A stretch of 64,000 nucleotides of DNA, from the NCBI GenBank assembly GCA_024696155.1, contig JAILHD010000035.1, positions 20,420 through 84,419 of the forward strand, read 5' to 3'. The notes below the pieces were generated by a model. That model saw nothing but the letters and a program-made list of their open reading frames with translations. It ran no database searches and was not told the DNA's origin. The first letter of the stretch is position 1. Every line of letters begins with the position of its first letter. A program made the position numbers and the translations under genes. The DNA comes from Treponema sp. Its GTDB lineage: Bacteria > Spirochaetota > Spirochaetia > Treponematales > Treponemataceae. Below are positions 55,211 through 64,000 of the stretch, piece by piece.

Positions 55211-56980
55211 ATGGAACATAAAATGATTTTATCGGCTTCCGGATGGCGTAAAGTATTTGCAGCCTCTGGAGCAGAACAGGACAAAACGTTAGAAATTACA
55301 AAAGAAAGTACCGCAATTTCTGTTGCAGCAGCAGTTTGTTTTTTTGATTATCTTTCTAATCTTACAGGACTAAGTTCCCCGGTCATCGCTGTGGGAATGG
55401 ATACCCGCCCTACAGGACCAGCAATCGCAGACGCAGTTTTGCATGCTCTGGTAAAAAAAGGCGCAATCATTCAGTTCTTAGGCGTTTCTTCGGCGCCAGA
55501 AATCATGTCTTATGCAAAAAAACTTGACGGATTTATTTATATTTCTGCAAGTCATAATCCGATTGGGCATAACGGAATAAAATTCGGCACAAATGACGGT
55601 GGAGTTTTAAATGCCCAGGAAAACGCAAAAGTAACAGAACAGTTTACAAAACTTGTTGCTGACGATGAAAAACTTGCAAAAACTGTAGAAGAAGCATATT
55701 CCTGCAGCAGCACACAGTTAAAGCAGGTCTATACCGAAAAAAACAGCGCAAAACACAATTCGCTTAAGGCTTATTTCAATTTTGTAAAGCATACAATTTC
55801 CTCCAGCGCAGAAAAAGAAGTTCAGGATAAATTCTTTGACCTTATAAAAACTTCTGCAAAAGAAAAAGCCGTAGGTGTTGTATGTGACTATAACGGAAGT
55901 TCAAGAAATTTATGCATTGACCGGGACTTTTTTGCAGAAAACAATATCCACTTTAACAGCATTAATGATTCAGAGATTGTACACGAAATTATTCCAGAAT
56001 CAGAAAACCTTGTTCACGTTGCAAAACAAATGGAATGGCTTCATTCGCAGGGCTACAAAGAATACATTTTAGGTTATATGCCAGATTGCGACGGCGACCG
56101 AGGAAACATTGTTTACTGGGATGAAAAACAGAAAAAAGCAGTAATTCTTAAGGCTCAGGAAGTATTCAGTCTTTCGGTTCTTGCAGAACTTTGCTGGTGC
56201 ATCTGGAACGACAAAGAAGGAAAAACAAAACCTGCAGTTGCTGTAAACTGCCCTACTTCTATGCGAATAGAAGAAATTGCAGATAAACTTGGCGCAAAGG
56301 TATTCCGCGCAGAAGTTGGTGAAGCAAACGTTGTAAATCTTGCACGCGAAAAACGAGAAGAAGGATACACCGTTCCAATTTTGGGTGAAGGCTCTAACGG
56401 CGGAACAATTACATATCCTTCCAGCGTGCGCGATCCGTTAAACACAGTTTTTGCACTTTTAAAACTTCTTACGATCCGCGAAGACGGACTTTTTGAACTC
56501 TGGTGCAAAAAATCTGGCAATAAATTTAAGCCTGATTACACACTTACAGATATTCTGGAAACTTTGCCAAAATACACAACAACTGGTGTAAGTGAACCAC
56601 GTGCAGTTTTAAAAGTAAAATCTTTGGATCATTCACAATTAAAGTCTAACTTTCAGGAGGCATTTGAAAAAAGCTGGAAGTCTAAAAAGGCTGAATTACA
56701 AAAAAAATACGGAATTACTTCTTACGAAGCAATCATTACTAACGGCACAAAAGAAACCCGTGATGTAAAAAATTATTCTTTGAGTAAAAAAGGTGGATTA
56801 AAAATCCTTTTCAAAGATAAATCAGATTCACCATGTGCCTTTATCTGGATGCGTGGAAGCGGTACAGAACCGGTATTCCGCATAATGTGCGACGTAAAAG
56901 GAAGCGATAATAATGCCATCAAAGAGGAAAAAGCACTTCTAGAATGGGAAACAGAGCTTTTAAAAGAAGCCGATAAGTAA
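55211..56980 (+). CDS. Phosphohexomutase family protein (PGM/PMM)
   Basis: SASGWR, D.RPTG, SASHNP, DCDGDR, R.SGTEP. Confidence 0.88.
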   Translation: MEHKMILSASGWRKVFAASGAEQDKTLEITKESTAISVAAAVCFFDYLSNLTGLSSPVIAVGMDTRPTGPAIADAVLHALVKKGAIIQFLGVSSAPEIMSYAKKLDGFIYISASHNPIGHNGIKFGTNDGGVLNAQENAKVTEQFTKLVADDEKLAKTVEEAYSCSSTQLKQVYTEKNSAKHNSLKAYFNFVKHTISSSAEKEVQDKFFDLIKTSAKEKAVGVVCDYNGSSRNLCIDRDFFAENNIHFNSINDSEIVHEIIPESENLVHVAKQMEWLHSQGYKEYILGYMPDCDGDRGNIVYWDEKQKKAVILKAQEVFSLSVLAELCWCIWNDKEGKTKPAVAVNCPTSMRIEEIADKLGAKVFRAEVGEANVVNLAREKREEGYTVPILGEGSNGGTITYPSSVRDPLNTVFALLKLLTIREDGLFELWCKKSGNKFKPDYTLTDILETLPKYTTTGVSEPRAVLKVKSLDHSQLKSNFQEAFEKSWKSKKAELQKKYGITSYEAIITNGTKETRDVKNYSLSKKGGLKILFKDKSDSPCAFIWMRGSGTEPVFRIMCDVKGSDNNAIKEEKALLEWETELLKEADK

Positions 56981-56986
56981 AAAAAC

Positions 56987-57008
56987 GGGCGGTTCATTTG
57001 AACCGCCC
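56987..57008. terminator. Terminator hairpin
   Basis: GGGCGGTTCA/TGAACCGCCC inverted repeat between convergent genes. Confidence 0.7.
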
Positions 57009-57015
57009 TCTCTGT

Positions 57016-58140
57016 TTAACAATTTATAAAGTCTGGAATATCAGTTTCTAAAAGAAGATTTTCTGCATCAAAGTTTTCAAATACTTCTTTTACGTTCTTA
57101 AAGCATTCTATAAGCTTTGGATTAAACTGACCACATTCACCATTTATAATCATCTCGTAAGCCTGAGAAGGTGTAAAGGCATCTTTATAGCAGCGTTCAC
57201 TTACAAGAGCATCATAAACATCTGCCATGGACACAAGCTGGGCTGCAATAGGAATTTCATCTTCTTTTTTATGCATAGGATAGCCTTTTCCATCCCATCG
57301 TTCATGATGATAAAGACAGATTTCATAGCAGATCTTACCGTAATCTTCATCCCAGATATCAGACATTTCTTTTACAATATCTGCGCCTTTTGTAGTATGA
57401 GAAGTCATTATCTCAAATTCTTCCGGTGTAAATCGTCCAGGCTTTAACAAAATTGAATCTGGAATTGCAATCTTTCCAACGTCATGCAATGCACTTGCAG
57501 ATGCAATAAGCTGTGCCTGCTTTTTTGTCATTCCGCTTTCTGGATAAAGTTTCATATATTCAAGCGCAAGAAGTTGAGTATAGCCTTTTACTCGGTGAAT
57601 ATGCTGGCCGCTTTCCAGGTTTCTTGATTCAACAACTGTACCAAGAATATCAATAATTCTGGCATTATTCTGATGCAGCTCGTATGCCTGACGACGCAAA
57701 AGAATATTTGTTTTTTCAAGAATATCTGTCTGGGTATTAAAACGTTCTTCTACCTGCTTGCGGTAATTGTAAAGATCTGTGATATTTTTTATTCGCTGAC
57801 GTACAATATTTACATTAAAAGGCTTATGAATAAAATCATTTACACCAAACTTTAAAGCTCTGGTTTCAACTTCTACAGTGGCATCGCCGCTTATGATTAC
57901 AACAGGAATATCAGTCATCCAGTCACGCTCTTTCATAATATTCAGAACGTAAAAACCGTCCACCTCTGGCATAACTAAATCAAGAAGAACTGTTGCAATA
58001 TTATTTATCTCAGAATTCATGATATTTATTGCCTGGCGTCCGTCTGATGCTGTAAGAATATCATAATCGGAACTAAGCATATCAGAAAGAATATCTCTAT
58101 TCAGTTCAACATCATCAACAATAAGTACTTTATTTCGCAT
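57016..58140 (-). CDS. Response regulator with HD-GYP phosphodiesterase domain
   Basis: VDD...LLDLVMP receiver domain; HDVGK, HHERWDGKGYP, ADVYDAL. Confidence 0.92.
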   Translation of the reverse strand: MRNKVLIVDDVELNRDILSDMLSSDYDILTASDGRQAINIMNSEINNIATVLLDLVMPEVDGFYVLNIMKERDWMTDIPVVIISGDATVEVETRALKFGVNDFIHKPFNVNIVRQRIKNITDLYNYRKQVEERFNTQTDILEKTNILLRRQAYELHQNNARIIDILGTVVESRNLESGQHIHRVKGYTQLLALEYMKLYPESGMTKKQAQLIASASALHDVGKIAIPDSILLKPGRFTPEEFEIMTSHTTKGADIVKEMSDIWDEDYGKICYEICLYHHERWDGKGYPMHKKEDEIPIAAQLVSMADVYDALVSERCYKDAFTPSQAYEMIINGECGQFNPKLIECFKNVKEVFENFDAENLLLETDIPDFINC

Positions 58141-58152
58141 GCACCACCCCGC

Positions 58153-58512
58153 TTACATTTCGTCTTTAAATTTCTTTAAGACTTCCATAATTGCCTGATA
58201 GTCAGCGCTGACTTTGTTTACAAGTTCAGAAATATCTGATTTAGGAGCTCCATGACGCATTGTATCGCAGAGTTCTGAACCTGAACGAGCAAGTTCTGTA
58301 AAGCTCATATTTAATGCAATACCCTTAAGATTGTGAGAAGTTTTAAAACCGTCATCCCAATCCTTATTGGAAATTGCCTTAATCATATCATTAAAATCTG
58401 TAAGTTCCATAAATTTTAATAGATATTTTGAAATCAGTTTTTCTGAGCCCAAACGTTCCATTGCATCTTCGTAATCTGAATTTGTCTGTTCGTAAACTTC
58501 CTTAATTGTCAT
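58153..58512 (-). CDS. Hpt phosphotransfer protein
   Basis: SHNLKG..LN motif, located between the kinase and the response regulator. Confidence 0.85.
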   Translation of the reverse strand: MTIKEVYEQTNSDYEDAMERLGSEKLISKYLLKFMELTDFNDMIKAISNKDWDDGFKTSHNLKGIALNMSFTELARSGSELCDTMRHGAPKSDISELVNKVSADYQAIMEVLKKFKDEM

Positions 58513-58537
58513 AAACTAAATCCCTTTCTATTATATT

Positions 58538-60727
58538 TTACACCAAGTTATCGATTTTTTTTATAAAAAAAACATCCAAAACGTTAAATAATTTATTCAC
58601 ATTAATTGGTTTAACAATATAAGCGTTCATTCCCTCCTGTTTTGCTTTTTGAAGATCTTCATCAAAGGCATTTGCAGTAACTGCAATAATCGGAATCTGA
58701 GACAGCGATAAATCTGGAAGTGCCCTTATAAATCTTGTGGCTTCATAGCCGTTAAGAACAGGCATCTGAATATCCATAAGTACGGCAGAATAATAGCCTG
58801 GCACACTAGCCTTTACTTTTTCTACGGCTTCCTGACCATTGCGGGCTTCTTCTACTTTAAAACCAACCTGTTCAAGAATTTCTGTAGAGATTTCGCGGTT
58901 AAAATCATTATCATCAGCAAGAAGAAGAATTTTGTCTTTATACATTCTTTTTGATTCGTTAAATTTTGAATCAATTTTAGAACGGTCATGAGTTATAGAA
59001 AGGAACTTTTCTTTTTCATACTGTTCCATAGTAATATGATTAAATTTGAGTTTTACGGTTATTTCTGTTCCAACGTCTTCTGCACTATTAAGCTCAATAG
59101 TTCCGTTCATGTGCTCTATAAGAGTTTTACAAATGGCAAGTCCAAGCCCTGTTCCTCCAACCTTGTTTTCTACAGATTCCTGACGGCTAAAAGGCTCAAA
59201 AACGTGCTTTAAGAAGTCTTTACTCATGCCAATTCCGTTATCTTTCATAACAAACTCATATTCAGAGCTTACAATGCCATCAGAAGATGTAACGGGCTTT
59301 TCTGTAACTGTAAGAGAGATTTCGCCGCCCTTCTGGGTATATTTTACAGAGTTTCCAAGAATGTTTATAAGAATCTGAGAAAGATGAAGCTTGTCGCACA
59401 TTACATAATTATGCACAAGAGAACCTGAATTTACGGTAAAGTTCTGCATTTTTGGCTTAGTCTGAACAGTAAGAATACTTTCAATTTCTCTTAAAATCTC
59501 GCATAAATCACATTCAGTTTCTTTTATACTGATTTTTCCACTTTCAATACGGCTGATATCAAGAATCTCATTAATCAAAGAAAGCAGATGATTACTTGCA
59601 GTAAGGCTTTTTGAAAGATACTGCTTCATTTTAATTTCGTTATTTGTATTTATAAGCGCAAGATTTATGTAGCCGATAATTGCATTCATTGGAGTACGAA
59701 TATCGTGACTCATAGAAGAAAGAAAAACTGTTTTGTACTTAGCTTCTGATTCAGCCTTTTTTACACGTTCTTCCATAATTGAAATTGCAATTTTTTCGCG
59801 TGTAACTTTAATCATAAAAAGCAGGTAAATCGTATAAACGACTAGCATTATTGCAATAAATTTTGTAGATGTGCTTCTAAAAAGATGAAGGTCGTGGAAT
59901 ATTACGCTGTTTTTTCCAAAAACACAGATAGAAAAGTTTTCTACAGCAAGCGGAATTGAATAAAAATAAAGTTTTTCTCCAAGACTGTGAACTTCAGACG
60001 AATAAACTTTATGCTGTTCACTTGTAGAAATAATTTCATCAACCAGATATTTGGGATAAATAAGACGTGTTAAGAAGGCATAAAAATTTCCTGTAAGTCT
60101 GGTATAAGTATTTACATACATCTCCCTTGAACCAGGATTAAAAATTATATAATCAGCCTCCCCTTCGTAAATAGGCTCAATACCTTCGTTTGCAAGAAAA
60201 TCAAGGTCCATTGTGCAGAACATGACACATACAACCCTGCCATCAATAGATACAGGAAAATAATGATCAATTGATGTGACAGAGTCTATAAAACTTGGTT
60301 TGATTTCAGAAAAACATTCTCCGCCGGAAGAAAAACGCTGAAAATAATTTGGATCAGAAAGTTTTATAGTTTTTCCTCCGTTTGTTACAATTGTTCCGTC
60401 TGGAAGAAGAATATTAATTTCATAAGTATGGGAAGAAAAAGTAAAAGACTTCATAAATTTTAATAAGTCTTCTCTTGTTCTGGTTTTATTAGCGATAATT
60501 AGTTCTGCAAAATCCTGAAAAAAAAGTGTCTGATACTGAATATCAGAAGAAATTGCGTTTCCTACTCTTTTTGCAACACTTTCAAGCTTCATAAGACAAT
60601 TTTTTTCGGTCAATCTATACATGCGAACATAAACAAAGGCTACCAGAATTATAGAAATTATAATAATGGTGATGGTTGCAACAAGAGAGCCCAGTTGTTT
60701 TATTTTTTTAGAAAACGCCAGTTTCAC
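58538..60727 (-). CDS. Hybrid sensor histidine kinase with receiver domain
   Basis: MSHDIRTPMN, N..GNSVKYT, DNGIGM, GTGLGL, LMDIQMP. Confidence 0.93.
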   Translation of the reverse strand: MKLAFSKKIKQLGSLVATITIIIISIILVAFVYVRMYRLTEKNCLMKLESVAKRVGNAISSDIQYQTLFFQDFAELIIANKTRTREDLLKFMKSFTFSSHTYEINILLPDGTIVTNGGKTIKLSDPNYFQRFSSGGECFSEIKPSFIDSVTSIDHYFPVSIDGRVVCVMFCTMDLDFLANEGIEPIYEGEADYIIFNPGSREMYVNTYTRLTGNFYAFLTRLIYPKYLVDEIISTSEQHKVYSSEVHSLGEKLYFYSIPLAVENFSICVFGKNSVIFHDLHLFRSTSTKFIAIMLVVYTIYLLFMIKVTREKIAISIMEERVKKAESEAKYKTVFLSSMSHDIRTPMNAIIGYINLALINTNNEIKMKQYLSKSLTASNHLLSLINEILDISRIESGKISIKETECDLCEILREIESILTVQTKPKMQNFTVNSGSLVHNYVMCDKLHLSQILINILGNSVKYTQKGGEISLTVTEKPVTSSDGIVSSEYEFVMKDNGIGMSKDFLKHVFEPFSRQESVENKVGGTGLGLAICKTLIEHMNGTIELNSAEDVGTEITVKLKFNHITMEQYEKEKFLSITHDRSKIDSKFNESKRMYKDKILLLADDNDFNREISTEILEQVGFKVEEARNGQEAVEKVKASVPGYYSAVLMDIQMPVLNGYEATRFIRALPDLSLSQIPIIAVTANAFDEDLQKAKQEGMNAYIVKPINVNKLFNVLDVFFIKKIDNLV

Positions 60728-60826
60728 AATCTTATATTATATTTTAGCATGAAAGGTAGCAAAATCAATAAAAATCATCTATAATATATATTGATATACA
60801 AAATCAATTTTGAGGAGAATATTTGT

Positions 60827-62611
60827 ATGGAACAGTCAGAGATTTTGAAGAGAGCTAAAGCTTATATTGCAGAAGAAAAAGATGTTCGCTTTAGCAAAGA
60901 AGTTGAAGAACTTATTGCAAAAGAAGACTACAAAGAACTTGAAGACAGATTTTATCAGACTCTTGAATTTGGAACAGGCGGACTCCGCGGAATTATGGGC
61001 GGTGGTACAAACCGCATGAATACACTTGAAATCAACAAGGCTACACAGGGTCTTGCTAACTACGTTCTTAAGGCATTCCCACACGAAGCAAAATCAGGTA
61101 CTTTGAGTGCAGTTGTTGCTTACGACAGCCGCTTGAACTCAGACGTTTTTGCAGAAGCAACAGCTTTGATTTTTGCTGCAAACGGAATTAAGGCATACCT
61201 TTTCTCAAGCCTTCGTCCTACTCCAGAGCTTTCATTTGCTATCCGTCAGCTTGGTGCAAAAACTGGTGTTGTAGTAACAGCATCACATAACCCACGCATG
61301 TATAACGGTTACAAGGCATACTGGGACAACGGTGCTCAGGTAATCGAGCCACATGATGTTGGTATTATTGAAGAAGTAAACAAGGTTACAGAAGTTAAAA
61401 CAATGACACGTGTTCAGGCCATTGCAGAAGAAAAGCTTGTAATCATTGATAAAGAAATTGATGAAAAATTCTGGGCAATGTGTAAGGCACAGCTTTTCCG
61501 TCCTGAATTGATTAAAGAAAAGGCAAAGGACATCCGCATTGTTTACACACCACTCCACGGAACAGGTGCTATGCACGTAGAAAAGGTTCTTGGTGATCTT
61601 GGACTTAAAGTAATCACAGTTCCAGAGCAGCGTGAACCAGACGGAAACTTCCCAACTGTAGAAAAGCCAAATCCTGAAGAAAAACCAGCTCTTACTCTTG
61701 CAGTTGAACTTGCAAAGAAAGAAAAGGCAGACGGTGTAATGGCAACTGACCCGGACTCAGACCGCTTTGGTACAGCTTTCCCAGACAAGGACGGAAACTT
61801 TGTCCTTTTGAGCGGAAACCAGATGGGTGCCCTTTTGATGGATTATGTTATCCGCAGCCGCGAAGAATTCGGAAAAATGCCTAAAAATCCTGCAATCATC
61901 CGCTCTATCGTAACTTCAAACTTTGGAGACGCAATCTGCAAAAAGCACAACATTGCTCTGATTGAATGTCTTACAGGATTTAAGTGGATTGCTGCTGCAG
62001 AAGAAGATTTTGAAAAGGCTGGAACTCACAACTATGTATTCGGCTTAGAAGAGAGCTACGGCTACAAGATTGAAAAAGATGTAATGGATAAAGATGGTGT
62101 TTCTGCTGCTGCTATGTGTGCAGAAATGATTCTTTACTGGCGTTCACAGGGTAAATCACTTCTTGAACACCTTGATGATATGTACAAAGAGTACGGCTAC
62201 TTTGAAGACCGCGCAATTTCTAAGAACTTCCCTGGCTCTTCTGGTGTTGCAACAATGAAAGGCATTATGGCTAAGCTCCGTTCAGAAGGCCTTAAGACTC
62301 TGGGTGGCGAAAAGGTTGTTAAAATCCGTGATGTTCAGGAAAGCACAGTATTCGATCCTGCAAACCCTTCAAAGAAGGAAGCAATTACTCTTCCAAAGAG
62401 CAACGTACTTCAGTTCTATTTGGAAAGCGGTACAATCGTAAGTGCTCGTCCTTCTGGAACAGAGCCTAAGATTAAGTTCTACATCAATTCTGTAATCCCA
62501 GCAGGAGATGGAAGCGATGCATGGCTTAAGGATGCAAAAACTAAGGCTGGCACATTCTGTAACGCAATTGAATCAGACATCAACTCTATTCTTGATGCTG
62601 CTTCAAAATAA
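60827..62611 (+). CDS. pgm: Phosphoglucomutase (phospho-sugar mutase)
   Basis: FGTGGLRG, TASHNP, DPDSDR, EESYG, RPSGTEPKIK; start ATG 60827 after GAGGAG. Confidence 0.9.
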   Translation: MEQSEILKRAKAYIAEEKDVRFSKEVEELIAKEDYKELEDRFYQTLEFGTGGLRGIMGGGTNRMNTLEINKATQGLANYVLKAFPHEAKSGTLSAVVAYDSRLNSDVFAEATALIFAANGIKAYLFSSLRPTPELSFAIRQLGAKTGVVVTASHNPRMYNGYKAYWDNGAQVIEPHDVGIIEEVNKVTEVKTMTRVQAIAEEKLVIIDKEIDEKFWAMCKAQLFRPELIKEKAKDIRIVYTPLHGTGAMHVEKVLGDLGLKVITVPEQREPDGNFPTVEKPNPEEKPALTLAVELAKKEKADGVMATDPDSDRFGTAFPDKDGNFVLLSGNQMGALLMDYVIRSREEFGKMPKNPAIIRSIVTSNFGDAICKKHNIALIECLTGFKWIAAAEEDFEKAGTHNYVFGLEESYGYKIEKDVMDKDGVSAAAMCAEMILYWRSQGKSLLEHLDDMYKEYGYFEDRAISKNFPGSSGVATMKGIMAKLRSEGLKTLGGEKVVKIRDVQESTVFDPANPSKKEAITLPKSNVLQFYLESGTIVSARPSGTEPKIKFYINSVIPAGDGSDAWLKDAKTKAGTFCNAIESDINSILDAASK

Positions 62612-62625
62612 GGCATTCACCTCTA

Positions 62626-63207
62626 ATGCAGCACTATAACCGAATTTTGCAGGATAACAGACGACTGCTCAAGCTTTTAAACAGCGGAGCAGTTATCACA
62701 GCCTTTGATACCGAAACAACTGGCATAAAAGCAGAAGACTGCACAATAATCGAAATTGGTGCTGTAAAATTCAATAAGGATGGAGAGCTTGACCGCTTCT
62801 CCACCCTTATTAATCCCAATCTTCCTATTCCACCAATCATTACACAAATTACAAAAATCACAGATCAGATGGTCTGCGGAATGCCCTGTATTAAAGAAGT
62901 TTTACCGCGTTTTATTGAATTTATTGGTGATTCAATTTTAATGGGACACAACGTTCAGTTTGATCTTAATTTTTTAAACTCTGAATGTGAAAAAAACGGT
63001 CTTCCTTATGTAAGAAATCATGCCCTTGATACCCTGCGCATTTCACGCTGGGCCTACCCAAAAGCAGAAAGACACAAACTTGATTATTTAGCTGATGCTT
63101 TAAAAATAAATAAAGGTCACAGTCATCGTGCCTTTGACGATGCTGTAACCTGCAAAGAACTGTTTTTACGAATTCTGTCTGATACAGTTTCTGTGCAAAA
63201 AGTCTAA
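62626..63207 (+). CDS. DnaQ/DEDDh 3'-5' exonuclease
   Basis: DTETTG, HNV.FD, HRA.DD. Confidence 0.9.
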   Translation: MQHYNRILQDNRRLLKLLNSGAVITAFDTETTGIKAEDCTIIEIGAVKFNKDGELDRFSTLINPNLPIPPIITQITKITDQMVCGMPCIKEVLPRFIEFIGDSILMGHNVQFDLNFLNSECEKNGLPYVRNHALDTLRISRWAYPKAERHKLDYLADALKINKGHSHRAFDDAVTCKELFLRILSDTVSVQKV

Positions 63208-64000
63208 TTTCTTGGAGCTGTACGAGGATCCAGCGGCTGACCATTCTGAAATACCATAAACGTAATTCCAGGTTTTCCGCTGATTGGGTCAACACCAGCT
63301 GTACCAAGTTCTGAACCGCTTACAGCATAATCACCTTTTTTAACGTTTACGCTGCCAAGCCCTGTGTAGGCATAAATCAAGCCTGTTTTTGACTGAACAA
63401 ACAGAACCTGACCAAAACCACGGTAAACACCCACATACATTACAGTACCTTCATGAATACACAAAACCTTTTCATTCTGCAAGGCTGTTAGCTGTACGCC
63501 TGAAACCTTTCCTTTTACCGAAGTAATTTTTGGATTTTTAACAGGCCATTTTGTATTTGCATCTGAAGATACAGTTGAACCGTAAGTTCTTGTATCCGGG
63601 GCTTTATCGTCGAGTCTGATTGTAGTAGTAGGTCCAGAATAATTCTGAGAAGCAGAAATAGCTTCTTGTGTATACTGAGCGCCTCCAGAAATCTTTAATT
63701 TCTGTCCAACTTTTATTACAGCATTATTATCAAGATTATTAAGCTGCAAAAGTTCTGGAACCTTCATGCCGTTTTTGCGGGCAATTCCGTAAAGTGTATC
63801 GCCTTTCTGAACGGTATAAGTTGAAGTTGAAACATTTGTATTTGCAACTGGCGAAGTTTTCTTATTAGAAGAAGAAAGTGCAGCAGCAGTTCCAATATCA
63901 GCTTCTGGAATTACAATTCTTTGTCCAGCTTTTAAAACGTCGTTTTCTGAAAGGTTATTTGCAGTTCTAAGTTCTGCAACTGTAATCTGATTTTTTCTAC
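63204..64000 (-). CDS. LysM + M23-like envelope protein (5' end beyond window)
   Basis: Frame is open to the window edge; LysM repeats (YTVQKGDTLYGIARK...) and a C-terminal M23-like domain. Confidence 0.85.
   Translation of the reverse strand, partial: RKNQITVAELRTANNLSENDVLKAGQRIVIPEADIGTAAALSSSNKKTSPVANTNVSTSTYTVQKGDTLYGIARKNGMKVPELLQLNNLDNNAVIKVGQKLKISGGAQYTQEAISASQNYSGPTTTIRLDDKAPDTRTYGSTVSSDANTKWPVKNPKITSVKGKVSGVQLTALQNEKVLCIHEGTVMYVGVYRGFGQVLFVQSKTGLIYAYTGLGSVNVKKGDYAVSGSELGTAGVDPISGKPGITFMVFQNGQPLDPRTAPRN

Overview
Positions 1 to about 46,790 are the right-hand part of a large, AT-rich integrative conjugative element (ICE). It is inserted at the 3' end of a tRNA-Pro(TGG) gene (46,794-46,866, minus strand), with an XRE regulator and a tyrosine integrase beside the tRNA. 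Positions ~46.9-64 kb are ordinary host chromosome (mtaB, bactofilin, rfbB, RluA-type synthase, HTH-PTS IIA, two phosphohexomutases, HK/Hpt/HD-GYP, DnaQ-type exonuclease, LysM/M23); the gene complement suggests a Treponema-like spirochaete (inference). The ICE carries a split VirB/VirD4 (Trb-type) T4SS, a VirD2/MOBP-like relaxase, TopoIII and a Fic protein. A 3,537-aa Ig-repeat lipoprotein follows virB10 directly. A putative establishment operon encodes two ArdC-N-like proteins, a full-length ComM/YifB homologue and a >1,000-aa polyvalent-type protein. The most unusual signals are: (1) 13 copies of a 16-bp palindrome ACCGACA-nn-TGTCGGT, seen only inside the ICE, mostly at small-gene junctions around an origin-like intergenic region, plus three inside coding sequence; (2) an apparently catalytically dead rolling-circle Rep homologue within that array; (3) a degenerate copy of the element's own VirD4 Walker-A peptide inserted in TopoIII; (4) a shared C-terminal [G/D]-[W/F]-S-[Y/R] tail on ComM, ArdC-like and Fic proteins, suggesting a T4SS export signal; (5) a TCTGCCCACC box in front of three transfer operons. 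All family assignments come from motif recognition by eye; no database searches were run.
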